Source: Octopus bimaculoides (lineage: Eukaryota). Taken from it: a DNA stretch of 48,771 bases. The notes below the pieces were generated by a model, which was not told the DNA's origin, did no database searches, and was given only the letters and a program-made list of their open reading frames with translations. The stretch is taken from positions 198,625,354 through 198,674,124 of the forward strand of contig NC_068981.1 of assembly GCF_001194135.2 (NCBI RefSeq), given 5' to 3'. Positions 35,230 to 46,283 of the stretch are shown piece by piece. A program made the position numbers and the translations under genes. The first letter of the stretch is position 1; each line of letters begins with the position of its first letter.

Positions 35230-36859
35230 AATAAATGTTACAAACCTCATTCAGGGATAGCAAAATCCTATGAAAGTACTGGTTACCTATACAAAGAAGG
35301 CTGAACACTACAGTTAATGCTCAACTAATAAATATATATAAACCATAGTTTATATATATTTATTTATTATAATAAGATAAGAAAATAGAGAGGTAAATCA
35401 GAAATTATTATTTATTAATCATAAAAATTGACAAACATCTTTTACAGCTGTTTCAATTCAAGACCTTCAGAAAATTATTTGAAAGTCGAATTTCTTGAGA
35501 GGCAGTTTAAGATATACAAAAGCAGTGTTCAATAGTTTATAGATGAGAGACAGATGTTCTGCATATAGAATACACTTCGTGGTGGTTAAGAGGTTTAACA
35601 TATATCTCTTGCTTGGCTGAGCGCTACCTATATATAACACACATGGATAAGCAATTCTAAGCATGTCTACAAAAAAAGATATACTGATCCCAACAAGGGA
35701 TATAAGCCCTGTACTATGTATATACAATCGTTATTTTGGACCACTAAGCACCCAGGAAACAGCTGCTGGACTCGTAAAACTTTTATTCAAATCCTTTAAT
35801 TCCTGAAATCATTTCTATTCTGTGAAACTCTTTACTTATAAACATTTGTACATTTTCTGTATTAAATGTATTTAATATTTTTTGTATATCAACTTGCCTA
35901 ACTTGATTATTCTTACATTTACTCCTATATATATATGTGTGTGGGTGTGTGTGTGGGTGCCTTGGTGCCTTTGTTTGTCTCCTGCCACCACTTGACAACT
36001 GGTGTTGGTTGGTTTACGTCCCCATAACTTAGCAGTTCAAGAAAAGAGACAGAAAGAATAAGTACCAGACTTACAAAATGTCCTGAGATTAATTTGTTTG
36101 ACTAAAACTTTTCAAGGTAGTGCCCCAGCATGGCCGCAATCTAATGACCAAAAAAGTAAAAGATAAAAGATCTGAGTTGTTTTTTCATCACCATCGTCAT
36201 CATTTAACCTCCGTTTTCCATGCTGGCATGGGTTGGACGATTTGACTGGGGACTGGTGAACCAGATGGCTGCACCAGGCTCCATTCTGACCTGGCAATGT
36301 TTCTACAGCTGGATGCTCTTCCTAATGCCAACCACTCTGAGAGTGTAGTGGGTGCTTTTTATATTCCACTGGCACAGGAGTGAGGGGGCTGGCATCAACC
36401 ACATTCGGATGGTGCCTTTTATGTGTAGATATTGTAGATATTTAAAGGCAATTGCATATTGAGGGAATGACTTGTTGGCTGGTAATAGTATTAATCTTTA
36501 TATTGTATAACAGAATTGAAAGACATACATTTTACAAGTTGTTATACAATTTCCCAGCTTTCTTAGATTCTTTGTTTTAACTTTGTTATGTAAAATATTT
36601 TATTCTGACTTTGTGTTTGACAAATATTTAGATCAGCAGGTTTCTTGAGAAATGATAAAAGCGAAGTATTCTTCAGATTAATTAATCTAGACTACTATCT
36701 CTGACAAAATGTCTGTCATTGATAAAGTGAAACAACAACCGAGCAACAGTTGTGGATTCTCTCACATTTTTCACATCAGATTAAATATAGTTAAAGCGAA
36801 TTAAAAATAGAAATATTAATCTGGTTTTGGTTTCATCTAAATCCATCACATCTTTTACA

Positions 36860-37396
36860 GTCATTCTTTAAGTAAACTTTGATTTAACTCTTTCAGTGCT
36901 GATGGCAGAGGGAAGTGGCTCCACATTTGCTCCTCTAAATTACACCATAAACGTTTGATTCTATTGAAGTCTGGTGATTTTGGGGTCCAATCCAGTTGGT
37001 CTTCTTCACTTTTGAGCTCTTTGTATTTATTTTGAACAGCATTAGCCATGCGAAGAGGTTATATTACCATCCTGGATGATTGTGCTACCATCAGGCAAGT
37101 TCCATCTATGGAACTTTCCCCAAATTGGTAAAAAGGGTGACTGGTGATTCATCAGGGAGAAATGGACATTGTTTCTGGGACCACTTCTGATAATCTAGAC
37201 ATGACTTTTTACATTTCTCAATATTGATGATGGGGTACAGGAGACATTTAGCAATGGCAACCCTTCCTCCTTTCTATCCAGTTTTATGGAGCTCATGATG
37301 AACAGCGTTGATTGAGACATGGTCAGCAAGATGGAGGGCCTTTAGCCCTGCCCTCACCTGTGCTGCTGTAGTTTGATGCCTTTTTTTAGACACACT
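36860..37396 (-). mobile_element. Tc1-family transposase remnant
   Basis: IIQDGN..SSHMA...WTPKSPDFNRIKRLW..LE (compare WPxQSPDLNPIENLW) and an upstream HFSDES-like segment; frameshifted. Confidence 0.8.
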
Positions 37397-37844
37397 NNNN
37401 NNNNNNNNNNNNNNNNNNNNNNNNNNNNNNNNNNNNNNNNNNNNNNNNNNNNNNNNNNNNNNNNNNNNNNNNNNNNNNNNNNNNNNNNNNNNNNNNNNNN
37501 NNNNNNNNNNNNNNNNNNNNNNNNNNNNNNNNNNNNNNNNNNNNNNNNNNNNNNNNNNNNNNNNNNNNNNNNNNNNNNNNNNNNNNNNNNNNNNNNNNNN
37601 NNNNNNNNNNNNNNNNNNNNNNNNNNNNNNNNNATCTTATTTAAATATAAATATTGGCCAAAAAGAAACAAAAACTAGAGAGCTGTATAATAAAGGACGA
37701 GGCATATGTAATGCATATGAACCCATATAGATGGGTCCATAGACTGGAACAGTTTTGAGTTTGTCATAATGGCAATCAAAAAAAATAGTAAAGATTTTGT
37801 CTAACACCTGTATAAATAAATAAATCAATACATGTGTATGTATC

Positions 37845-39200
37845 ATCATCATCGTTTAACGTCCGCTTTCCATGCTAGCATGGGTTGGACGATTTGACTG
37901 AGGACTGGTGAAACCGGATGGCAACACCAGGCTCCAGTCTGATTTGGCAGAGTTTCTACAGCTGGATGCCCTTCCTAACGCCAACCACTCAGAGAGTGTA
38001 GTGGGTGCTTTTACGTGTCACCCGCACGAAAACGGCCACGCTCGAAATGGTGTCTTTTATGTGCCACCCGCACAAGCCAGTCCAGGGGCACTGGCAACGA
38101 TCTCGCTCGAAAATCCTACAGGAGCCAGTCAGGCGGTACTGGCAACGGCCACGCTCAAAATGGTGCATCTCATGTGCCACCCGCACNNNNNNNNNNNNNN
38201 NNNNNNNNNNNNNNNNNNNNNNNNNNNNNNNNNNNNNNNNNNNNNNNNNNNNNNNNNNNNNNNNNNNNNNNNNNNNNNNNNNNNNNNNNNNNNNNNNNNN
38301 NNNNNNNNNNNNNNNNNNNNNNNNNNNNNNNNNNNNNNNNNNNNNNNNNNNNNNNNNNNNNNNNNNNNNNNNNNNNNNNNNNNNNNNNNNNNNNNNNNNN
38401 NNNNNNNNNNNNNNNNNNNNNNNNNNNNNNNNNNNNNNNNNNNNNNNNNNNNNNNNNNNNNNNNNNNNNNNNNNNNNNNNNNNNNNNNNNNNNNNNNNNN
38501 NNNNNNNNNNNNNNNNNNNNNNNNNNNNNNNNNNNNNNNNNNNNNNNNNNNNNNNNNNNNNNNNNNNNNNNNNNNNNNNNNNNNNNNNNNNNNNNNNNNN
38601 NNNNNNNNNNNNNNNNNNNNNNNNNNNNNNNNNNNNNNNNNNNNNNNNNNNNNNNNNNNNNNNNNNNNNNNNNNNNNNNNNNNNNNNNNNNNNNNNNNNN
38701 NNNNNNNNNNNNNNNNNNNNNNNNNNNNNNNNNNNNNNNNNNNNNNNNNNNNNNNNNNNNNNNNNNNNNNNNNNNNNNNNNNNNNNNNNNNNNNNNNNNN
38801 NNNNNNNNNNNNNNNNNNNNNNNNNNNNNNNNNNNNNNNNNNNNNNNNNNNNNNNNNNNAGGGGTAAGAGCTCTCTAAACTTTGCCCAGGCTATTCTTAT
38901 TCTAGCAGCTACACTTTCAGCGCACCCACCCCCACTACTAACTTGGTCGCCCAGATAGCGGAAGCTATCGACTACCTCTAGTTTTTCACCCTGGAATGAG
39001 ATAGAAGTTGTTTCCTGTTTGTTTGCAGTCTTTATTGCACCTGAACATCTGCCACAAACAAAAACTAACTTGCTAGTTAACCTGCCTTTGATGTTGCTGC
39101 ACCTCTTATGTGTCCATAGCTTGCACCGGGTACATCTTATAGAGTTACTACCTACTCCTTTTCTACATACTGAGCAGGGCCATCTACCTGAAGGGGTTTG
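37845..39200 (-). mobile_element. Younger 5'-truncated RTE LINE spanning a gap: PHD-like finger, thumb region, tandem-repeat 3' UTR and (GAT)n tail
   Basis: Open frame GRWPCSVCRKGVGSNSIRCTRCKLWTHKRC...CGRC...LEVVDSFRYLGD...RIRIAWAKFRELLP. UTR repeats at 38020-38186; tail catcatcatcatcgtttaacgtccg at 37845. Confidence 0.9.
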
Positions 39201-39611
39201 TGTTATGTATGACTGTATATATACATGTATGTGTGTGTGTGTGTACACATCTGATGGGCTTACATTCCACATGGTTTCTGTTTACCAAATTTTACACATA
39301 ACACTCTTGCTTCACCCAATCCTGTGCTAGATGTCCAACTTGTTGTAACACTCTTCTCACTCTGTCAGACCCTGTGGCATTTGAGCCATGCATCCAGGTA
39401 ATCCAAAACCAAGGTGAGTAGCTATGTATGTGTATGTCTGTGTTTATGCATATGTGTGTGAGTATGTCTCAATGTATATGTATGTATGTGTATGTTTTGT
39501 ATATGTGAATGTGTGTGTATGTGTATGTTTTGTATATGTGAATGTGTGTGTATGTGTGTGTATATAAAAATCCAAGGCTGTGAAAGATTTCAGAACATTT
39601 ATAAAGAGAAG

Positions 39612-39659
39612 GTCTTACAACTGTTTGTGGGATATTTTATAAATCCCTTCATCGGAGAT
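39612..39659 (-). ncRNA. Degenerate second copy of hammerhead family H-B
   Basis: Reverse complement atct-ccgatga-a-gggattt-ataa-aatatccc-a-caaac-agtt-gta-agac. It sits in a 150-bp block homologous to 43640-43790. Confidence 0.5.
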
Positions 39660-40018
39660 GGTGTGAGAAAAAGGTTAAGCAATAGTTATTCTAGGGAAGA
39701 TATGAAATACAGAGTGAAGTGGAGGAATGAAAACAGATGCATAATCACTGAACCTGGAGCTTAACTATAGTCTATCCATAGCACTTACTCAGCATTACCT
39801 GACACCTTTGGGTTTTATTGACACCTTTATGTCTCAGAACCTATATATATATTTAGGTGCAGGAGTGGTTGTGTGGTAAGTAGCTTGCTTACCAACCACA
39901 TGGTTCTGGGTTCAGTCCCACTGCGTGGCACCTTGGGCAAGTGTCTCCTACTATAGCCTCAGGCCAACCAAAGCCTTGTGAGTGGATTTGGTAGATGGAA
40001 ACTGAAAGAAGCCTGTCG

Positions 40019-40053
40019 TGATGAAGGGAAATAGCCCTGAAACTCGAGTCGCC
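40019..40053 (+). ncRNA. 5'-truncated minimal hammerhead-like motif (family H-C) abutting a SINE
   Basis: TGATGA-AGGG-aaatag-CCCT-GAAAC-TCGA-GTC-gcc. Palindromic TCGA loop and GUC triplet; C3 and stem I are replaced by SINE sequence. Confidence 0.5.
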
Positions 40054-41535
40054 TTTATATATTTATATTTATATATTTGATCCTTTATATTGAACACTCA
40101 ATATTTCATCTACATTCAATACTTTATTTCATGGTGCCATCCATTTTTATTTTATTTTATTTTATATTATATATTGTATANNNNNNNNNNNNNNNNNNNN
40201 NNNNNNNNNNNNNNNNNNNNNNNNNNNNNNNNNNNNNNNNNNNNNNNNNNNNNNNNNNNNNNNNNNNNNNNNNNNNNNNNNNNNNNNNNNNNNNNNNNNN
40301 NNNNNNNNNNNNNNNNNNNNNNNNNNNNNNNNNNNNNNNNNNNNNNNNNNNNNNNNNNNNNNNNNNNNNNNNNNNNNNNNNNNNNNNNNNNNNNNNNNNN
40401 NNNNNNNNNNNNNNNNNNNNNNNNNNNNNNNNNNNNNNNNNNNNNNNNNNNNNNNNNNNNNNNNNNNNNNNNNNNNNNNNNNNNNNNNNNNNNNNNNNNN
40501 NNNNNNNNNNNNNNNNNNNNNNNNNNNNNNNNNNNNNNNNNNNNNNNNNNNNNNNNNNNNNNNNNNNNNNNNNNNNNNNNNNNNNNNNNNNNNNNNNNNN
40601 NNNNNNNNNNNNNNNNNNNNNNNNNNNNNNNNNNNNNNNNNNNNNNNNNNNNNNNNNNNNNNNNNNNNNNNNNNNNNNNNNNNNNNNNNNNNNNNNNNNN
40701 NNNNNNNNNNNNNNNNNNNNNNNNNNNNNNNNNNNNNNNNNNNNNNNNNNNNNNNNNNNNNNNNNNNNNNNNNNNNNNNNNNNNNNNNNNNNNNNNNNNN
40801 NNNNNNNNNNNNNNNNNNNNNNNNNNNNNNNNNNNNNNNNNNNNNNNNNNNNNNNNNNNNNNNNNNNNNNNNNNNNNNNNNNNNNNNNNNNNNNNNNNNN
40901 NNNNNNNNNNNNNNNNNNNNNNNNNNNNNNNNNNNNNNNNNNNNNNNNNNNNNNNNNNNNNNNNNNNNNNNNNNNNNNNNNNNNNNNNNNNNNNNNNNNN
41001 NNNNNNNNNNNNNNNNNNNNNNNNNNNNNNNNNNNNNNNNNNNNNGTTATGTTCGGGTTAAAATTTCATCAACATCAAAAATATATGAATTTTCATGGGA
41101 GTTATGGCCGTTATGCAAAGAATATAATTTCCAAATTTCATAAAGATCCATTCAGTACTTTTGACGTAGTTTTGGATAAGAAAACAAATGACTAATGTGT
41201 GTGTTTGTGTGCATGTGTATGTGTGTGTGATGGGTGTATATATGTAAGAGACTGATAGAATAAGTACTAGGCTCACAAAGAATAAGTCCTGGGGTTGATT
41301 TGTTCAACTAAAGGCAGTGCCCCAGCATGGCCACAGTCAAATGACTGAAACAAGTTAAAAAAATAAAAGAATCAAAGAATTTGGTAACAGGAATTGATAT
41401 TCATGCAAAGCAGAAAGAATTGTGGTGGGTGGGTTTTTAGGAAGAAGGGAGATGAAATCATTTGAGGTGAAGTTGTTCATTGTTACTGTTAGTCGTTTCC
41501 TGAGGGACCGGCTGACTCTCCTCCATAATGCTTAC

Positions 41536-41693
41536 CAAAGAGGTTAAACAAAATGACAGAGAATTGTTCGTCACCAAACTCGTTTCTGGTGTGTTTGACG
41601 TCAACAACAAGGTTGGCTGCTTGTAAACGATGTCTCGTGTTTTTAGGAAATCTGAGAAACAGACTTACGAAACCGTTTACGTATTTACCCTTT
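41536..41693 (-). CDS. Internal exon of an unidentified minus-strand gene (KGKYVNGFVSLFLRFPKNTRHRLQAANLVVDVKHTRNEFGDEQFSVILFNLF)
   Basis: Complex, non-repetitive ORF (track 41489..41704) that is richer in CpG than its flanks. Acceptor atatttag (41695-41694) and consensus donor TTTG|GTAAGC (41535-41534); 158 nt, phase 2 to 1. Confidence 0.55.
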
Positions 41694-42208
41694 CTAAATA
41701 TCAAATTCCGATTTCAATAATCTACCCACCACCATCACTGACAGACCCACCCCCAGCCTAACACTCCTCAAACTCTCGTTTTACTTTCATGATACAGATA
41801 CCCTGAATAACCACTTGAAATAAGTACATTATTTCTCTGCTAGAAATAATATTTAGTTAGCTGTGTTAACAGAACACTTTACCACATCAACCTGTGAAAT
41901 ATCAACATTAACGAACCTGAATCCAACATTGGTTGACGGACTTCTTAAAACATTGATTAATTTTTAATTAAGACAGAGCTGAGCTGTATACATCACTGAC
42001 AGTTGTTCACCTTAGACTACGGTCATGTTGGGGCACCGCTTGGAATGGCTTAGTCAAAGAAACAACCCATGCACTAATTTTTGAAGGCTATTACTTATCC
42101 AGTCACTCTCTTTTGTTGAACCTCTAAGTTAAGGAGATGTAAACAAACCAACATTGGTTGTCAAACAATGGGGTGGGCATAGGCAGAAATACACACATGC
42201 ATATATAC

Positions 42209-42287
<79 letters not shown>

Positions 42288-43639
42288 NNNNNNNNNNNNN
42301 NNNNNNNNNNNNNNNNNNNNNNNNNNNNNNNNNNNNNNNNNNNNNNNNNNNNNNNNNNNNNNNNNNNNNNNNNNNNNNNNNNNNNNNNNNNNNNNNNNNN
42401 NNNNNNNNNNNNNNNNNNNNNNNNNNNNNNNNNNNNNNNNNNNNNNNNNNNNNNNNNNNNNNNNNNNNNNNNNNNNNNNNNNNNNNNNNNNNNNNNNNNN
42501 NNNNNNNNNNNNNNNNNNNNNNNNNNNNNNNNNNNNNNNNNNNNNNNNNNNNNNNNNNNNNNNNNNNNNNNNNNNNNNNNNNNNNNNNNNNNNNNNNNNN
42601 NNNNNNNNNNNNNNNNNNNNNNNNNNNNNNNNNNNNNNNNNNNNNNNNNNNNNNNNNNNNNNNNNNNNNNNNNNNNNNNNNNNNNNNNNNATAAATAATA
42701 TATGTATATAAATATAATTTAGAGAAGAACCACCGATATACAATTCAAACAATGAAGGAGACCAACCACCATCCAGAAAAACGTACTCTACAAAATACTA
42801 ATTTAAAAATCTATAAAATCTAAAAGAAAAGTATAAAATCCATAAAATCTATAAAATACTAGACTAAAAATTTAATTCAACTTAGTAAATTGATAAAATA
42901 GAAGGTAAAATATTGACTACACACGTTTCATGGTCACATTATAGCAGAAAAAACCAGTACAATTCACAATAAATTGATCAAGATTATATTCTATTCAAAA
43001 TACAATTACTCCTCAAGTCTCTGGAAAAAAAAAAGAATTCAAATAATGTTTCTTACTAAATAAATAATAAAAATATCAGTACTTGTAGGAAAGCTCTTGT
43101 TAGTACAATCAATGAAATGTAAACGCTTAATACTAATAATTGCAGTTAAAGGTATGATTCATCTAAAATATCTTTGGACTAATGGTAAACATCTTTATGA
43201 ACAGAAATATATATATAAAAAGATAGTGTTATTAAATAAATAAATTCGAACGTTAAACAATATTAGTAAAATAAACGGCATCATTTATCTTATGAACGAT
43301 CTCTACTGCGTAGAATTTATATGAAGTAAGTCACGTGACAATATGGCGTCTTTCTGTGAACTCAAATATTAAGCTTTAAACAGAACCCTTGATTCAATAA
43401 CACTGTGTATAAACTCTGTATTTGGAATGACCAATTTCAAAGACTATTGGATTTTACTCATAGATTATTGNNNNNNNNNNCAAAGACTATTGGATTTTAC
43501 TCATAGATTATTGGAATCTTAATAATGGATGTACAAATGCAATGACCAATCTTAAAGACTATTGGATTTTACTCACAAAGTATTGAAATCTTATATGTAT
43601 ACCATTCTACCTAAACAATGGATTTACAAATACAATATT

Positions 43640-43935
43640 CCTACATTCACTCTCTATTTCCTATCTTATCTAAATTAACTATTGCTTAATCATCCCTTCA
43701 CACCGTCTCCGATGAAGGGATATACTAAATATCCTGGAAACAGCTGTAAGACCTTCTATTTATAAATGTTCTATATTATACACAGCCTTGGTCTTTTATC
43801 TCATTACGAAATCCTTATATTCACACGCTGATATATGACCTACGTTGGACCCCTTATTCGCATAACCACCGAACCTGGAGCTTAACTACGGTCTATCCAC
43901 AGCACTCACTCAGCATAACCTGAAACCTCCGGGTC
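43640..43935 (+). mobile_element. Non-coding hammerhead-bearing repeat (Penelope pLTR-like or retrozyme-like)
   Basis: Homologous to 39572-39725 (inverted) and 39739-39815 (direct); carries the H-B hammerhead motif. Confidence 0.6.
43705..43752 (+). ncRNA. Minimal type I hammerhead ribozyme-like motif (family H-B)
   Basis: GTCT-CCGATGA-A-GGGATAT-actaa-ATATCCT-G-GAAAC-AGCT-GTA-AGAC. Stem I GUCU/AGAC, 7-bp stem II, 2-bp stem III with palindromic AGCU loop, GUA cleavage triplet. Confidence 0.65.
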
Positions 43936-43956
43936 TAATTGATACCACTTTCGTTC

Positions 43957-44011
<55 letters not shown>

Positions 44012-44879
44012 GCATACATACACACACAGATATATATATACATATACGCATATACATATGTATATATCCTCATCATGACCCTACCCCAAGAAACCAAACT
44101 ACATCTCTTCTTCTAAACAGCATCTTTCTCTCCCTCACATTTCCTCTTCATAAACTTTGATTTTCTTCCAATCCCCTTCCCCCCCCACTGCCCTGCTCAC
44201 TGCTCCCCCCACTCCTCATTTTTCTACCCAGGTTGTTGCAATCCCCACTCCCCACTTGTGCTTTCTTGGCAACACTTGACCGCCTATATCATGTCCTTTG
44301 TACCCCTCTCTTCTTTACCATCTCATCTTTGCTCTGATTCTTGTTACTTGTGAGTATACCCTGCCACTTCACCATCTCTATCACACTTTTGCTGTTTCCT
44401 ACTCTCTCTCTCTCTCTCTTTCCCTTGCTCTTCCCTCTGGCTGGGTTGCCATGTATCTCTTCTAGATACATCCCTATTTCTGCCCTCATTCTTAGTTACT
44501 CTCTCTCCTTCTCTTGTTTTTCCTCTGACCAGGTAACCAAGTTTCTCCTTTACATCAGCACACCTGTTTCTGTCCTCTTTCTTGTACTTCTCTCTCCTTC
44601 TCTCTCTCTCTCCCTCACTCCCTCCCTCCCTCTATAGCAAGGCATCTATTTTTGGCCCCTTATTCCTTTGTCACACCTTTCATCATCTGTTACTGGATCC
44701 CCTCCTCCAATGACCCCTCTGTTATAGCAAGACACCTGTTTCTGCCTCTCTATCTCTTTGTCCCCCTCTAACCTTTCATCCTCTGACACAAGTTCCCCCT
44801 CCTCAAATGCCCTGCCCTTCCCATAATTCCTTATCTTGCAAGTTACTTGGTGACCCTGAACTGGGAGATATAATAATGC

Positions 44880-45062
44880 AGCGAAGCATTTGACTTTGTT
44901 GTTAAATTCTGCATCTGTTTGATAGTGAGACTTAAAGCCTTATATCCACAATGTGGCGATAGATATTCTTATTTAAATGAAATAAACAACCTGTTCTATT
45001 TGTTGTTGGAAATACATCACAGAAAGCATTGATAATTGCTTTCTGGAAATCAACCATTAATT
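44880..45062 (-). mobile_element. Mutator-like (MULE) transposase fragment
   Basis: LMVDFQKAIINAFCDVFPTTNRTGCLFHLNKNIYRHI, matching the MULE D....A...A...VFP......C.FH..QN motif. Confidence 0.82.
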
Positions 45063-45092
45063 TATGTATGTATGTATCTTCTATCAAACTAT

Positions 45093-45138
<46 letters not shown>

Positions 45139-46225
45139 AAATACACACAGATATACACATATGTAAGATGTACTTATGTGTGGGTGCATGCATGTGTGTA
45201 CGCATGTTATCATTTGATTAGGAGAATGCCCCTCCCTGTCAGCTTGATGCTTTGATAACCTCATTACTCTCCATAGTTTGTTCTGTTGCATTCAAACAGT
45301 TGTGTCAACAACCATTTGACTCAAATATGTATGACACACATCACAGTCGGGGACACAAGAATGGAAGAGGAGAGGGAAGGAATTTGGGTTAGATTCTGGG
45401 TGGAGTCAGTCAGAATCTAATCTGCTCTGAAGACAAATAAATGTTTGAAGAAACTTCTAAAGAAGTTTGCTGCTTACAATGATTTGGTTTCAGGTTCAAT
45501 TCCACAGTGTGGTCATGTGAGGAGAAAGTATTGTCTTCTGTAACTTTGAGTTGATCAATGCCTTCTGTGAGGAAACAACAACCTACGGGAGGGACCACTG
45601 AATGCCACAGTCTAGGGATATATATATATATTCTGCTCCTTTTCAATCCTGGTGTGCTTCAGATTATACCCTACCTTATAACTTGGGTGTATGGTCCCTA
45701 CCCTCTGCCCGTCACATCTTCATCATCTTTCTGACCCTACTTTTTCTGAGGTAACTAAATCTCTCTTCTAATGCAAGACAACTTTCTGTCCCTCAGTACT
45801 TCTGCCCATCCAGCAGACAGGTCTTGTCATCCAAGTCATTTGGTGACCCCCACTGATGCAAGTACCATGTAAAAAGCACTCAGTACACTCTGTAAAGGGG
45901 TTGGCATATTAGGAAGGGCGTCCAACCAGAGAAACCATACAAAACCACACAGCAGAACTTGATGCAGCGTTCTGACTTGTCAGTTCCTGTCAAACCATCC
46001 TATTTGCGCCAGAATGCAAAACAGGCGTTAAATAAGGATGATGATGATGATGATGATGATGATGCAGATGATGATAATGACGATGATGATGATGATGAAG
46101 ATGATGATGATATATTTGTTATTAAAACCGAGGCTGAGAGTTTGTCTTGTCTCAGTGATTACTATTTTTGTTTATGTCTCTACATAAATAAAAATTGTTA
46201 TTACCCTAGCTGTATAACTCAGCCA

Positions 46226-46283
46226 GTAACAGAGAACATATCTACCTGTATTTCTAACAGAGAACATATCTACCTGTATTTCT
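46226..46283. repeat. 28-bp tandem duplication
   Basis: TAACAGAGAACATATCTACCTGTATTTC x2. Confidence 0.9.

Noticed and set aside
41883-41891. Possible 9-nt micro-exon of the minus-strand gene (tttcacag|GTTGATGTG|gtaaag)
   Set aside because: The splice-like signals are plausible, but 9 nt gives no independent coding evidence.
43438-43513. Perfect 33-bp direct repeat
   Set aside because: Same 10-N overlap artefact. A diverged third copy near 43545-43590 may be a real old duplication.
45389-45420. 10-bp-arm hairpin TTAGATTCTG...CAGAATCTAA
   Set aside because: An isolated short inverted repeat, expected occasionally by chance in AT-rich DNA.
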